NCBI GenBank assembly: GCA_050298055.1
Contig: JBNKTL010000002.1
Span: 115,940 to 179,939, forward strand
From: Spirochaetota bacterium
GTDB lineage: Bacteria > Spirochaetota > UBA4802 > UBA5550
DNA length: 64,000 nucleotides
Direction of reading: 5' to 3'
The translations under genes and the position numbers were made by a program. The notes under the pieces are model-generated. The model saw nothing but the letters and a program-made list of their open reading frames with translations. It did not search any database and was not told the DNA's origin. Positions within the stretch are counted from its first letter, which is position 1; each line of letters starts with the position of its first letter. This document shows positions 49,773 through 60,090 of this stretch, one piece after another.

Positions 49773-51346
49773 TGACTGACTTTTACCTTCCATTCTTCAA
49801 AATCCAGGCCCAAGGTATGGACTTTTACGTTATCAAAACGTCTGCTCACAGCGGAAAGCGCCGGTGATGTGAACATGAATGTGTAGGGCTGTTCTTCATG
49901 GAGAATCTCGTGGAACCGGTGATAGAGTTTAATTCTCCTGCCCTGGTTGAACTCCACCCTGGCCTTTTTAATGATCGAATCAGCCTCACTGTTGACAAAG
50001 GAACAGAAGTTTGATCCCTTCTCAACCTGCGAAGAGTGCCAGAGCTGATAGGGGTCCCCTCCGTACCCGAGGTTCCATGCAAGGGTGACCGCGTCAAAGT
50101 CCCTCTTATTGAGCTTATTTACAAATACCGCCCATTCAAACCTTGTTATCTCCATCTCAATACCGGCCTTTGAAAAATCTTCCTTGAGGATACTTGCCAG
50201 CCTCTCCGCGAACTTACTGCCCGATGAAATGGTAAAAGTAAAGGAGAATTTTTTCCCCTCCCTGTCGAGGATACCGTCCCCGTCACTGTCTTTCCAGCCC
50301 TCCTGTTCAAGGAGTTTTCTCCCCAATTTCGGATCATACTGCCATTTTTCTATTGTTTTATTATACTCTTTACTGAATATATAGAAGTTTCCCGTTACAA
50401 TTTTTCCCAGACCAAACAGCAGTTTGTCAAGGATTGCCTGCCTGTTGATCATGTGGGTCAGGGCCCTCCTGACGATTTTACTCTTGAAATAGTCCCTCTT
50501 CGCGTTCCAACCGATATAGCTGTATGAGGGCTGGTAATATTTCAGTTTGTAAAAGTTCCTCTTAAATTTGTCCGATTGTGTCTGTCTCACCCATTGGATG
50601 CCCCGGAGTGACATGATATCAAGGTCTCCCTTCTTCAGCATCTGCAGGGCCACATTTGCTTCGGCAACCAGCTTGTAGACAACGGTCTTGATCTCCGGTG
50701 ATTTTCCCCTGTACTTTTTATTTGTCTTTAAAACAATCCGCTTCCCCGTATCCCACCTGTGAAACCTGTAGGGGCCGGTCCCAATGGGGAACCTGTTGTT
50801 TTTGTGAGTATTGAAATCCGTTCCATCGTTAAAAATATGTTCGGGAACAATGGGCATCCCCCCGCAGAACTCTAACGCCAGGAAATAGGGCTTTGAATAG
50901 GTAAACTCTACCGTATATTTATCCAGTTTTTTCACATCTTTCACATCGATATAGTAGACCTTTAAATGAGCGCTGGCGGTTTTGGGGTCCTTCATGACTC
51001 TGAAGGAATAGATAACATCATCTGCCGTGAATTCAACACCGTCACTCCAGAGAACGCCTTTTTTCAGGGTAAACCTGTATTTCATTTTGTCCGGCGATAT
51101 GGTCCACCTTTTTGCAAGCTGCGGGATGATCTCCAACGAGTCCTTGTCCCTCTCAACAAGGGTCTCATAGATGTGGCTGTTGATGCTGCTGGAATATGCA
51201 TCGGTGGAAGTTATTGGATTCAATGTTCCGGGCTCCGCGGGAAGATGCGAATAGAGGGCAAAGGGATCTTTCCCGGGACCGGAACTCCCGCATCCGAAAA
51301 AAACAAAAACCGATACAAAAATGTAATATAGCCGTAAATATCTCAT
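49769..51346 (-). CDS. oppA: Peptide ABC transporter substrate-binding lipoprotein (family 5)
   Basis: Lipobox FFGC, LAKRW, WSDGVEFTADDV, PIGTGPY. Confidence 0.92.
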   Translation of the reverse strand: MRYLRLYYIFVSVFVFFGCGSSGPGKDPFALYSHLPAEPGTLNPITSTDAYSSSINSHIYETLVERDKDSLEIIPQLAKRWTISPDKMKYRFTLKKGVLWSDGVEFTADDVIYSFRVMKDPKTASAHLKVYYIDVKDVKKLDKYTVEFTYSKPYFLALEFCGGMPIVPEHIFNDGTDFNTHKNNRFPIGTGPYRFHRWDTGKRIVLKTNKKYRGKSPEIKTVVYKLVAEANVALQMLKKGDLDIMSLRGIQWVRQTQSDKFKRNFYKLKYYQPSYSYIGWNAKRDYFKSKIVRRALTHMINRQAILDKLLFGLGKIVTGNFYIFSKEYNKTIEKWQYDPKLGRKLLEQEGWKDSDGDGILDREGKKFSFTFTISSGSKFAERLASILKEDFSKAGIEMEITRFEWAVFVNKLNKRDFDAVTLAWNLGYGGDPYQLWHSSQVEKGSNFCSFVNSEADSIIKKARVEFNQGRRIKLYHRFHEILHEEQPYTFMFTSPALSAVSRRFDNVKVHTLGLDFEEWKVKVSQ

Positions 51347-51415
51347 AAGGTTTAACAACTGCCTGACTATTTTCTCCTGCCCCCGCAGATATACAAGGAA
51401 AATAATTCTTTCCTT

Positions 51416-52126
51416 TTATCCGCCCAGGTAGACCTTCTTGACCTCCGGGTTGTTCTGCAGTTCCTCCGAGCTCCCCTCCAGGACAATGTTCCCGTTCTGG
51501 AGGAGATATCCCCTGTGGGCAAACTTCAGGGCCAGCCGCGCGTTCTGTTCAACCAGGAGTATGGTGGTACCGGCCCTGTTTATCTCCTTCAGCGCCTCGA
51601 ACATGCTGAGCATGAGAAGGGGCGCAAGCCCCATGGAGGGTTCATCAAGAAGCATTATCCTCCTCCCGCTCATGAATGCCCGGCCTACCGCCAGCATCTG
51701 CTGCTCCCCGCCGCTCATTGTCGCCGAAAGCTGGCTCTTCCTTTCACGGAGCCGGGGAAAAATGGTAAAAACCTGTTCCAGGTCACGGGCAATCTTCTTT
51801 TTGTCCTTACGGGCAAATGTGGCAAGCTGCAGGTTTTCCATTACGGTGAGGTTCCCGAAAAGGCGCCTTCCCTCGGGGACATGGGAGATCCCGAGATCGC
51901 TCACCACCCTGTCCGCGGGATAATCCAGGAGGTTTTTCCCCAGGAATTCAATTCTCGACCCCTTGTCCGAATCAACAAGCCGGGAAATTGCCCTGAGCGT
52001 GGTACTCTTCCCCGCCCCGTTCGCGCCGATAATGGTAACAATTTCCCCGTCTTCAATCCGGAAATTGATTCCGTGAAGGGCCTTGATGGTGCCATATGAA
52101 ACCCGGAGGTTCTCCACAAGGAGCAT
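51416..52126 (-). CDS. livF: Branched-chain amino acid ABC ATPase
   Basis: GANGAGKST, HVPEGRRLF, MSGGEQQMLA, LDEPSMGLAP. Confidence 0.95.
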   Translation of the reverse strand: MLLVENLRVSYGTIKALHGINFRIEDGEIVTIIGANGAGKSTTLRAISRLVDSDKGSRIEFLGKNLLDYPADRVVSDLGISHVPEGRRLFGNLTVMENLQLATFARKDKKKIARDLEQVFTIFPRLRERKSQLSATMSGGEQQMLAVGRAFMSGRRIMLLDEPSMGLAPLLMLSMFEALKEINRAGTTILLVEQNARLALKFAHRGYLLQNGNIVLEGSSEELQNNPEVKKVYLGG

Positions 52127-52911
52127 CAGTGAATATCCTCCTTCCCCAGGTACGCGTCGATGACCTTCGGGTTGTTCTGTATCTCCTCCGGGGTTCCCTG
52201 GGCAATGATCTCCCCGAAAACAAGGGTCTTGATATAGTCGCAGAGCTCCATGACGAACTTCATCCTGTGTTCAATGAGAACAATTGCAAGCTGTGAATCG
52301 CTGTGTATTCCCCGTATTATCTTTATCATATCAACCAGTTCATCGGGGGTCATTCCCGCGGTGGGTTCATCCAGGAAGAGCACCCGGGGATTTGTGGCCA
52401 TGGCCCGTGCCATCTCCACCCTCCTCTGGGCCCCGTATGAAAGACTGCCCACGAGACTCTCCGCAAAGTTCTCCACTCCGAACCTTTTGAGAAGCACGTA
52501 CGACTTCTCCCGGACCTCTCTCTCCTCCCTTATCCTCCGGGGTGTACCGAAGAAAGCCCCGAAGAGACCGTAGGTGAGCTGCGAATAGTGGGCGATCATA
52601 ACATGCTCCAGTACTGTTATATGCCTCCAGAGCCTCAGGTTCTGGAATGTCCGTCCGATCCCCCGGGACGCGATGATATGGGGCATCTCCCCGGTAATAT
52701 CCGCCCCCTGAAGGCTCACAATGCCCTCAGTGGGCCTGTAGACACCGGTAATCAGGTTAAAGACGGTGGTCTTCCCCGCGCCGTTTGGCCCGATAAGCCC
52801 GATGATCTCCCCCGGGTTTATTTCAAGGTTGAAATTGTGCACTGCCCTGAGCCCGCCGAAATAGTGGGTCATCTTCTCAATTTTTAAAAGGGGTGCTTCA
52901 TTATGACTCAT
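52126..52911 (-). CDS. livG: Branched-chain amino acid ABC ATPase
   Basis: [43 protein letters not shown] at 52911. Confidence 0.95.
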   Translation of the reverse strand: MSHNEAPLLKIEKMTHYFGGLRAVHNFNLEINPGEIIGLIGPNGAGKTTVFNLITGVYRPTEGIVSLQGADITGEMPHIIASRGIGRTFQNLRLWRHITVLEHVMIAHYSQLTYGLFGAFFGTPRRIREEREVREKSYVLLKRFGVENFAESLVGSLSYGAQRRVEMARAMATNPRVLFLDEPTAGMTPDELVDMIKIIRGIHSDSQLAIVLIEHRMKFVMELCDYIKTLVFGEIIAQGTPEEIQNNPKVIDAYLGKEDIH

Positions 52912-52912
52912 C

Positions 52913-54193
52913 TCAGTCCCTCCTCCTGGACCTGAGCAGGTCCCGCACATCCAGGTCTTTGAAAGAGATGAGACCGGTGGGCCTGAAGATCATCACCAGG
53001 ATCAGCAGCAGGGGAATAACGATCCACTTATAGAGTTCCAGGGGCCTGAGGGCCTCACCCAGGATACTGATGCTCACGGCCCCCACGATTGAACCGTAGA
53101 TAGAATTAAGGCCGCCGAAATAGACCATGGCCAGTATCTCCGCGAGTTTCTGCAGGCCGAATGTTCCCGGGTTGACATATCTCAGGAGATGGGCAAAAAG
53201 CCCCCCGGCAACACCCGCCCAGAAGGCCCCGAACATGAATGCAGTTGTCTTGGTAAGCCGGGTGCTCACGGTCATGGCGTCCGCCGCGGGCTCGTTGTCA
53301 CGCACGGCGTTCAGGGCCTTCCCCATAATAGACCTCACAAAGTTATTGATGATCCAGACAGAGAGGACAGTCCATGCGAAGACAACGGGAAGGCTCGAGT
53401 AACCGGGCTGCCCGCCCAGTCCCCGGGGCCCTCCCACAACCTCGAGGTTTTCAATAACAGATTTTACAATAAACATAAATGCCAGTGATATGATCGCCAG
53501 GTAATCGCCCCGTGTCCTGAAGGAGGGAATGGCAACAATGAGAGCGGAGAGGGACGCGACGAGCCCTCCCGCGATAATGATCAGGGGGAAAAGAAAGGGG
53601 CCCAGCGCTTCGGGGAGAAGGGCCTTGCCAAAGAGCTTGTCATCGGCGAAAAGGAGAATGGATAATGAGGAGGATACGTATGCCCCCACGGCCATAAACC
53701 CGGGATGGGAACAGGAAAATTCCCCCATGTAGCCGTTGATAATATTTATACTCAGAGTCACAATGACCGCTATCATAGTCATTTTTAAAACCAGGAGCCG
53801 GTAATCGTTCACGCCGGTCCATACCTGGAAAATAAAATAGAGCAGAACAAGATGAAGGATGACGGATAGATACGGCGGCCTCTCCTCAAGCGCCGCGGCC
53901 ATATTGTTGCTTATCCTCCTGGTTGTCAGGGAAAAGAGAAAAACCGGGACCAGGTAGATTGTCACAACATACATAAGGGTCCCCGGAATAAGCAGGGGGT
54001 CCTTCAGGATCACGAGAAACCCGAAGAGGACCGGTATCTTCGGAAGACCGAAAAGCCAGGTAAGCGAATCACCCAGAAAGTATTCAAGGGATACGGACAA
54101 TAAGATCCCCAGCAGCCATCCCGCAACGGGGACCTCTGAACAGAGTTTCAGAAAATACCTGAGGGTATTTTTTTTGTCATCGATCTTCTTCAT
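52913..54193 (-). CDS. livM: Branched-chain amino acid ABC permease with extra N-terminal TM segments
   Basis: NIINGYMGEFS, RTRGDYLAI, AVRDNEPAA, FRPTGL. Confidence 0.92.
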   Translation of the reverse strand: MKKIDDKKNTLRYFLKLCSEVPVAGWLLGILLSVSLEYFLGDSLTWLFGLPKIPVLFGFLVILKDPLLIPGTLMYVVTIYLVPVFLFSLTTRRISNNMAAALEERPPYLSVILHLVLLYFIFQVWTGVNDYRLLVLKMTMIAVIVTLSINIINGYMGEFSCSHPGFMAVGAYVSSSLSILLFADDKLFGKALLPEALGPFLFPLIIIAGGLVASLSALIVAIPSFRTRGDYLAIISLAFMFIVKSVIENLEVVGGPRGLGGQPGYSSLPVVFAWTVLSVWIINNFVRSIMGKALNAVRDNEPAADAMTVSTRLTKTTAFMFGAFWAGVAGGLFAHLLRYVNPGTFGLQKLAEILAMVYFGGLNSIYGSIVGAVSISILGEALRPLELYKWIVIPLLLILVMIFRPTGLISFKDLDVRDLLRSRRRD

Positions 54194-54208
54194 TTCCCTG
54201 ATAACCGC

Positions 54209-55135
54209 TTACAGCCTCAACTGGGCGCTGTGCTCCTGGCCGAAAAATCCGTGGGGCCTGAAGGTCAGTATCAGGAGAATGATCGTGTAGGCAATGAGGT
54301 CCCTGAGCGTAGAGGGGAAAGCCATTGCCACAAATATCTCGATAAAGCCCAGGAGAAAACCGGCAAGTGCGGCCCCCATAATTGATCCCCGCCCCCCCAG
54401 GATTGCCGCCACAAAGGCCTTCCAGCCCAGGTTAACCCCCATAAGCGGGTCCAGAACGGGATAAGCCATACTGTAAAGGATACCCGCGGCAGCGGCAAGC
54501 CCGGAACCTATGGCAAAGGTCAGGGGGGCCACCACGTTTATGGATACACCCATAAGGGGGACAGCGACAAAGTCGTATGACATGGCTCTCATTGCCATCC
54601 CCCACTTTGTCTTCTTTATAAAGAGGTGAAGCGCCAGCATGAGACAGAGTGCCACGATAACGATAAGGATCTTTTTATTGGTGAGGAATACACCTCCGAT
54701 CTCAAACGTCGTTGTCTTAATAATTGAGGGAAACTTGAACCGCTGCGCGCCGAGAATCGAGAGATTGCCCATCTCCAGGATAATGCCTATCATTAAACCG
54801 GTAATCGCCGCGGAAGCCCTGGGCGCGTCCCTCAGGGGACGGTAACCTATCCTTTCAATGAGAATTCCCAGAAGCGAGGTCACCAGCATTGCCGTGATAA
54901 TGGTCATCACAAGGAGAAGCCAGCCCGGAATTGCAAGCCCTGCCGCCGTGGTAAGGAGATAGATAAAAAGAGTGGCTATCCCCAGGCCAATATACGCGCC
55001 TGCCATGAATACATCTCCATGGGCGAAGTTAAAGAGCATAAGGATACCGTAAACCATGGAGTATCCCAGGGCAATGAGCGCATAAAAACTCCCCCACTGA
55101 AGAGCATTAATAACATTTTGCAGAAAATAACTCAT
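54209..55135 (-). CDS. livH: Branched-chain amino acid ABC permease
   Basis: YALIALGYSMVYG, NFAHGD, KAFVAAILGG, RPHGFFG. Confidence 0.95.
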   Translation of the reverse strand: MSYFLQNVINALQWGSFYALIALGYSMVYGILMLFNFAHGDVFMAGAYIGLGIATLFIYLLTTAAGLAIPGWLLLVMTIITAMLVTSLLGILIERIGYRPLRDAPRASAAITGLMIGIILEMGNLSILGAQRFKFPSIIKTTTFEIGGVFLTNKKILIVIVALCLMLALHLFIKKTKWGMAMRAMSYDFVAVPLMGVSINVVAPLTFAIGSGLAAAAGILYSMAYPVLDPLMGVNLGWKAFVAAILGGRGSIMGAALAGFLLGFIEIFVAMAFPSTLRDLIAYTIILLILTFRPHGFFGQEHSAQLRL

Positions 55136-55138
55136 TAA

Positions 55139-56314
55139 CTACGGGCAAACTGACTTATAGAACTCAAATTCACCCTTGTTGCTGATCTTTACAATAACAG
55201 CACACTTGTCGGGATCACCGTCTTCCTTAAATGTCATTTCTCCTGTTATCCCCTTGAAGTTCTTTATCTGTGCCAGGGCATTTCTCACGTTTATCCGGTC
55301 ATCTTTTAATTTTCCCGTATATGTGCCCGATTCAATAGCGGCTCTGGCAATGTTCAGAGCGTCCCAGGTAAGGGCTGCGGGATCATCCGGCACAGATCCG
55401 TACTTTTTGTTATACTTGTCGATAAATTCTTTTGTTTTGCCCTTGGCGCCCGCAGCAGCATAGTGTGTGCTGAAGAACTGGCCGTAACATGCTTTCCCGC
55501 AGAGCTTTACCGTCTCGGCAGACCCCCAGCTGTCGCTTCCTACGATCGGCCCCTTCCAGCCAAGTTCCTTTGCCTGCTGAACGATAAGTGCCACCTCGTT
55601 GTAGTACTGGGGAGTAAAGAGGACCTGGGCCCCCGATTTGATGATCTTTGTAAGCTGAGAACTGAAATCGGTATCCTTGGTAGTAAAACTCTCATATGCC
55701 ACAACGGAACCGGCCCCGTTATTCTTTTCCCACGCCTTTTTAAAGAACTCTGCCAGTCCCTTGGGATAGTCACTGGCCACATCATAGAGTACCGCGGCCT
55801 TTTTGAACCCGAACTCCTCTTTGATAAAGTTTGCGAGGACAGGTCCCTGGAAGGGATCGAGGAAACACCCTCTGAATACATAGGGACGGTTCTTCGTGGT
55901 ATCGGGATTTGTGGACCAGGGACTGATCATGGGCGTCTTGTAGTTATCTGCGACACCCCCCGCGGGGACGGCCTGTTTTGAGGCCTGCGGTCCGACGATT
56001 AAAAGAACATCGTCCTGGGTTATCATCTTTGTATTGGCCTTGACCGCTGATTCGGCCTTGGATTCGTTATCTTCAACCACAACCTCAACCTTGAGTTTTT
56101 TCTCTCCGGCCTTGATCCCTCCGGTACTGTTGACTTCCTCCATCCACATCAGGGCCGCATACTTTGTGCTCTCCCCGACCTTGGGGATGTCCCCGGTGAG
56201 CGGCGCGTTAATACCTATCTTTATTACGTTTTTGTTTTTCTTTTTACATGAACTGAAAGATATGAAAATTATTCCCGTCAGAAGAATCGTGGTGATCGCG
56301 AACAGTTTCTTCAT
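55139..56314 (-). CDS. Branched-chain amino acid ABC substrate-binding lipoprotein (LivJ/LivK family)
   Basis: Lipobox FSSC, IKIGINAPLTG, FRGCFLDPFQG, DFSSQLTKI. Confidence 0.93.
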   Translation of the reverse strand: MKKLFAITTILLTGIIFISFSSCKKKNKNVIKIGINAPLTGDIPKVGESTKYAALMWMEEVNSTGGIKAGEKKLKVEVVVEDNESKAESAVKANTKMITQDDVLLIVGPQASKQAVPAGGVADNYKTPMISPWSTNPDTTKNRPYVFRGCFLDPFQGPVLANFIKEEFGFKKAAVLYDVASDYPKGLAEFFKKAWEKNNGAGSVVAYESFTTKDTDFSSQLTKIIKSGAQVLFTPQYYNEVALIVQQAKELGWKGPIVGSDSWGSAETVKLCGKACYGQFFSTHYAAAGAKGKTKEFIDKYNKKYGSVPDDPAALTWDALNIARAAIESGTYTGKLKDDRINVRNALAQIKNFKGITGEMTFKEDGDPDKCAVIVKISNKGEFEFYKSVCP

Positions 56315-56415
56315 AATTCCTCCCTGTTTTACACATTTAAATTATCGTATTTCTAAATTTTTCAGGATTTTTGTCAAACAGAATACATTTTTGTCTGTGA
56401 TTTTCTATTGACAGA

Positions 56416-56910
56416 ATGAACAGAGATAAATACTCATCTTCCATGGACAAAAAAAGATTTTACCCGAATACAAAAATACTGATGCGGATTATTCTCGCAT
56501 CGGATGATATCATTCATTTTGCAGTGGCCTTAACTCTTATGCTCAGCGCCGCATTTATCATCATAACGACCCTCCCGAATTTTTTGCATCTAAACAAAAC
56601 CTCAATTCTCCACATTGTTAACGATGTTCTTCTTTCACTGATTGTCATGGAGCTTATGTGGCCCATTGTGAGGTTTTTAAAACGGGAAAATTTCAGCCTC
56701 AATCCCTTCCTTTACGTAGGTATTATTTCAAGCACGCGCCGCATACTCATGATTGAGGCGGAACACTCGGCACATTCCGCGATCATGAGTTCGGAAACAG
56801 CCAACTGGCAGAACACCTGGCCGGTTCTCGCCGAACAGGGAATCAACGTGCTGATTATTTTAGTACTGGCAATCGTCGTTCGCCTGGTAAACAGTACAAA
56901 GAAAAGCTGA
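56416..56910 (+). CDS. PsiE-family membrane protein
   Basis: DVLLSLIVMEL...PFLYVGIISSTRRIL; the start may be the ATG at 56443. Confidence 0.8.
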   Translation: MNRDKYSSSMDKKRFYPNTKILMRIILASDDIIHFAVALTLMLSAAFIIITTLPNFLHLNKTSILHIVNDVLLSLIVMELMWPIVRFLKRENFSLNPFLYVGIISSTRRILMIEAEHSAHSAIMSSETANWQNTWPVLAEQGINVLIILVLAIVVRLVNSTKKS

Positions 56911-56939
56911 TAACAAAATATAACCGCATAGCCGAGTGG

Positions 56940-57872
56940 TTATAAAATCAGCAGTATCACGGATAAGGAGATGAAAGAGAGAAGTGTGGACAGCATAACA
57001 GCAGATGAGGCGTACTCGGTATCGCTGTTCAGCTGAGAAGAAAGTATATATATGGCTGTTGACGCGGGAAGGGCGAAAAATATCATTCCTGTTTTGAAGG
57101 GAAGATCCGGAACCCCGAAATATCTCATGAGAGAATACCCTGTTACCGGGAAGACAATGAGCTTAACCACCGTTGCAGCAAAAGAGAGGAGTCCGTGTTT
57201 TCTGATGCCCTTTAAACTCAGCGAGCTCCCGATTGAGATGAGGGCCAGGGGCAGTGTTACGCTGGAAGAAAGCTTCAGGGTATTGTTGATAAAAAGGGGA
57301 AAATAATTCACCGTCCGGGAAAAAATAATCCCGAAGATACAGGCGAGTATCAGGGGGTTCCCGGCTACGGCTTTCAGGGTATAACGGAACTTCTCCCTGA
57401 CATTCAGGTTCTCTCCCGAAAACCAGATGAGTGTGCTCACTGCCAGAAGATTGATCACCGGGATAACAAAACTTATAAGAATACCAAAGTACCTGATCCC
57501 TTCATCACCCAGGGCATTCATTACTACAGCCATACCGATATATGTATTGAATCTGTAACATGACTGGGAAAACGCCCCTGCCGAGAATCTCTTTATACTG
57601 CCGATCTTAATGATGAGCAGCGAGAGAAGATAGATCACAAGCACCGCGATAAGCCCCGAAACGAGAAGACCGGTATCGATTCCCTTTGACGAAGAACCTC
57701 CTATCTTCCAGAAGAGCATTGCGGGGAAAAAGATATAATAAACCAGCCTGTCGGAAACAGCAAGGAACTGCCGGTTTGTAATACTATACCTTTTCAGGAG
57801 CCACCCTGCTGCCAGGAGTGAAAAAACAGGGAAAAGACTTGCCAGGATCATGATTATACTCTTTTCTTTCAA
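56940..57872 (-). CDS. AEC (auxin efflux carrier) family transporter
   Basis: LVYYIFFPAMLF, RFNTYIG, NPLILA, LALISIG, PASTAIYILS; about 10 TM helices. Confidence 0.9.
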   Translation of the reverse strand: MKEKSIIMILASLFPVFSLLAAGWLLKRYSITNRQFLAVSDRLVYYIFFPAMLFWKIGGSSSKGIDTGLLVSGLIAVLVIYLLSLLIIKIGSIKRFSAGAFSQSCYRFNTYIGMAVVMNALGDEGIRYFGILISFVIPVINLLAVSTLIWFSGENLNVREKFRYTLKAVAGNPLILACIFGIIFSRTVNYFPLFINNTLKLSSSVTLPLALISIGSSLSLKGIRKHGLLSFAATVVKLIVFPVTGYSLMRYFGVPDLPFKTGMIFFALPASTAIYILSSQLNSDTEYASSAVMLSTLLSFISLSVILLIL

Positions 57873-57998
57873 TAAAATAAGATTATATGCCTTAAATTAT
57901 AAATATGTGAAAAACAATCAATAAAAAGATTTGACTGCCGGAGAAATCTTTTTCAAATAAATTATTATACGATAAAACTGTCTCTTTAATATTACGGT

Positions 57999-58403
57999 AT
58001 GAAAAAAGGTATTATTTACGGACTTCTTCTTGTATTTCTTACTCTCCCGGTATTCTTTTTCAGGTTTGAGACCCGGCTCTTTCTCTACCAGGTACTCCTG
58101 ATCATTATTCCTTCAATCTATATTGGTTTTTCCCTGCAGAAAGGAGTGACCGGTAATGTTAAGATCATTGAAGCTATTCAGCTCCTCTTCTATATAATGC
58201 TCGTTATCCTTTCAAGAAATATATCGGCATACCTCATTCCCGCCGGTTTCTTCCTTCACGGGATCTGGGATATCCTCCACAAATCCGGGAGACTCAGAGT
58301 CAGTCAGCCATCATGGTATATTCCTGCATGCATAGTCTATGACTGGATATTCGCGGTTATATCCTTACTTGATCTATTATTCCACAGCAGCGGATTGCAG
58401 TAG
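57999..58403 (+). CDS. Small integral membrane protein
   Basis: Multiple TM helices; IYIGF, HGIWDILH, PSWYIPACIVYDW pattern (DUF6010-like). Confidence 0.7.
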   Translation: MKKGIIYGLLLVFLTLPVFFFRFETRLFLYQVLLIIIPSIYIGFSLQKGVTGNVKIIEAIQLLFYIMLVILSRNISAYLIPAGFFLHGIWDILHKSGRLRVSQPSWYIPACIVYDWIFAVISLLDLLFHSSGLQ

Positions 58404-58406
58404 CCT

Positions 58407-58940
58407 GTGATGAGTAAGAGCAATGTTATCCCCCTGAACTGGATGGATGACACCGAGAGGTGGATTGTCATTCCGGGAACAATAAAAGAGGGACGAAGAC
58501 GGAGGATAAAGGAGCTTTTCCTCAGGAAGAACAACTGCTTCTTCGCACGGGGTGTACCGAAGAGCATCATCGACTTTACATACAGGTCGGTAAAAAAACT
58601 GGGGCTCACGGAGAAAACCCTGTTCTTTATCAGGGGGACCGTCAGGATTAAAAGAGGAGTGGTAAAAAATGCCGTTATGATAAGGGAGCTGGATTGGGAT
58701 GTGGGGACCCTGATAACCATCCCCGCCGGGATGAGGTACAGGGAGAGGCTGATACTTGACATCGATGGCGAAAAGTCAGACCTGAGACTCATGGAACTCT
58801 CGCTTCTCCACGGACTTTTACAGGTTGCCTGTCCGAAAAAAAGTTCGGCCTTTTACTCCAACATGGCCGCACTGGTTATTGCCAGGGGCTGGGGCCAGCT
58901 AAATACAAACAGTTTTCCCGATATCAGGAGAGAATCATAG
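58407..58940 (+). CDS. Hypothetical basic protein
   Basis: 177-aa ORF directly after the previous gene; no family recognised. Confidence 0.6.
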   Translation: MMSKSNVIPLNWMDDTERWIVIPGTIKEGRRRRIKELFLRKNNCFFARGVPKSIIDFTYRSVKKLGLTEKTLFFIRGTVRIKRGVVKNAVMIRELDWDVGTLITIPAGMRYRERLILDIDGEKSDLRLMELSLLHGLLQVACPKKSSAFYSNMAALVIARGWGQLNTNSFPDIRRES

Positions 58941-58964
58941 ACCGGCCCATACCTGAAGTCAGTG

Positions 58965-59585
58965 TCATTTTCCGGTATCCGGGCATTTTTTTATTTTTCG
59001 TAAGCCGGCAGAAATTGCCCTGCACGGTTTTGCGTTAAATTCATCGATCAGGTATTCCTTGAATTTTCCCCAGAGAAGAAGTTCTTCCCGAAGGACTTTT
59101 CTCCTTGAAGGCTTTTTCTCAAATTTCAGCCTGGCAGCTATCTCATGTGTACACAAATCGGCATAGTCGTAGAGAGTATATCCCTCCCTGTCCTGCATGT
59201 TGACATTCAACCTGTAATGGTTTACAAATTCATCAAGAAAGTCCCTTTTCATTTTCAATGCAGCAAAGTGAAGAAGAGGTGTCTTTTTGCATTTTATTGA
59301 ATTGTACACTTCCGGATCAGATAAATAATAGCATGTTCCTGTTTCTCTGTAAATTCTTTCCAGTTCCCGGAGCAAAGTTTTTTCAAAGGAGTAGAGTGCG
59401 TACTGATCGGTCGATTCAATCAACCTGCACATTTTTCCGGCAGCTTCTGAGGAGAAATTAATTCTCATTACAACCCTGCCCTTAACAGGCCTGCATTTTT
59501 TCAGAACCACCGATTTTATTTCCTGTGAAATAATAACAGAAGGAAAGAAAACTAACAAAGAAATAATAATTTTAACTCTACTCAT
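58965..59585 (-). CDS. Exported hypothetical protein with an ankyrin-like segment
   Basis: Signal peptide from ATG 59585; TPLLHFAAL...NVNMQDREGYTLYDYA. Confidence 0.6.
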   Translation of the reverse strand: MSRVKIIISLLVFFPSVIISQEIKSVVLKKCRPVKGRVVMRINFSSEAAGKMCRLIESTDQYALYSFEKTLLRELERIYRETGTCYYLSDPEVYNSIKCKKTPLLHFAALKMKRDFLDEFVNHYRLNVNMQDREGYTLYDYADLCTHEIAARLKFEKKPSRRKVLREELLLWGKFKEYLIDEFNAKPCRAISAGLRKIKKCPDTGK

Positions 59586-60090
59586 GATAACTTCCATAAA
59601 AACATACTTCTCACTATCAGCCATGGTCAAGAAATAATTACAAACTGCACAACAACTCCCGAAATCTCCATAATGAAAATACATATCCTATCGTTTTAGT
59701 AGGGGTGTTAGTGAGCTGAATGTGTAAATTATTTATTATTTTAGAAATTTAATAAATTTTATATTGACATAATTCCTTGATGTTTATTATCATTTGACCA
59801 CTTTAAATTTTTTTTAATACAATTAAACGCACTGTAGATAGATAATGGATGTAACTTCAGAGAACGCAACAGGGAAAAATAATGTCGGCTTCTCCGAAAC
59901 CGATATTGGAAACAGTATGAAATGGATGTAAAAGATATTAAAATCTCGGGCAAGAATTCCTCATTTAAATCTATATGCGCATATGTTTAAAAATAAAAAT
60001 TAAAAAAAAAGTGTAACATATGCTAAATTACAAATTTAACTTGATCTAAAACCATATAAACATTAAAACAATTAAAGTGAATGTAATTGT

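Noticed and set aside
59759..60060. 64-aa ORF and partial FNR/CRP-like sites upstream of the octaheme gene
   Set aside because: No coding signal for the ORF; the sites match only half of the consensus.
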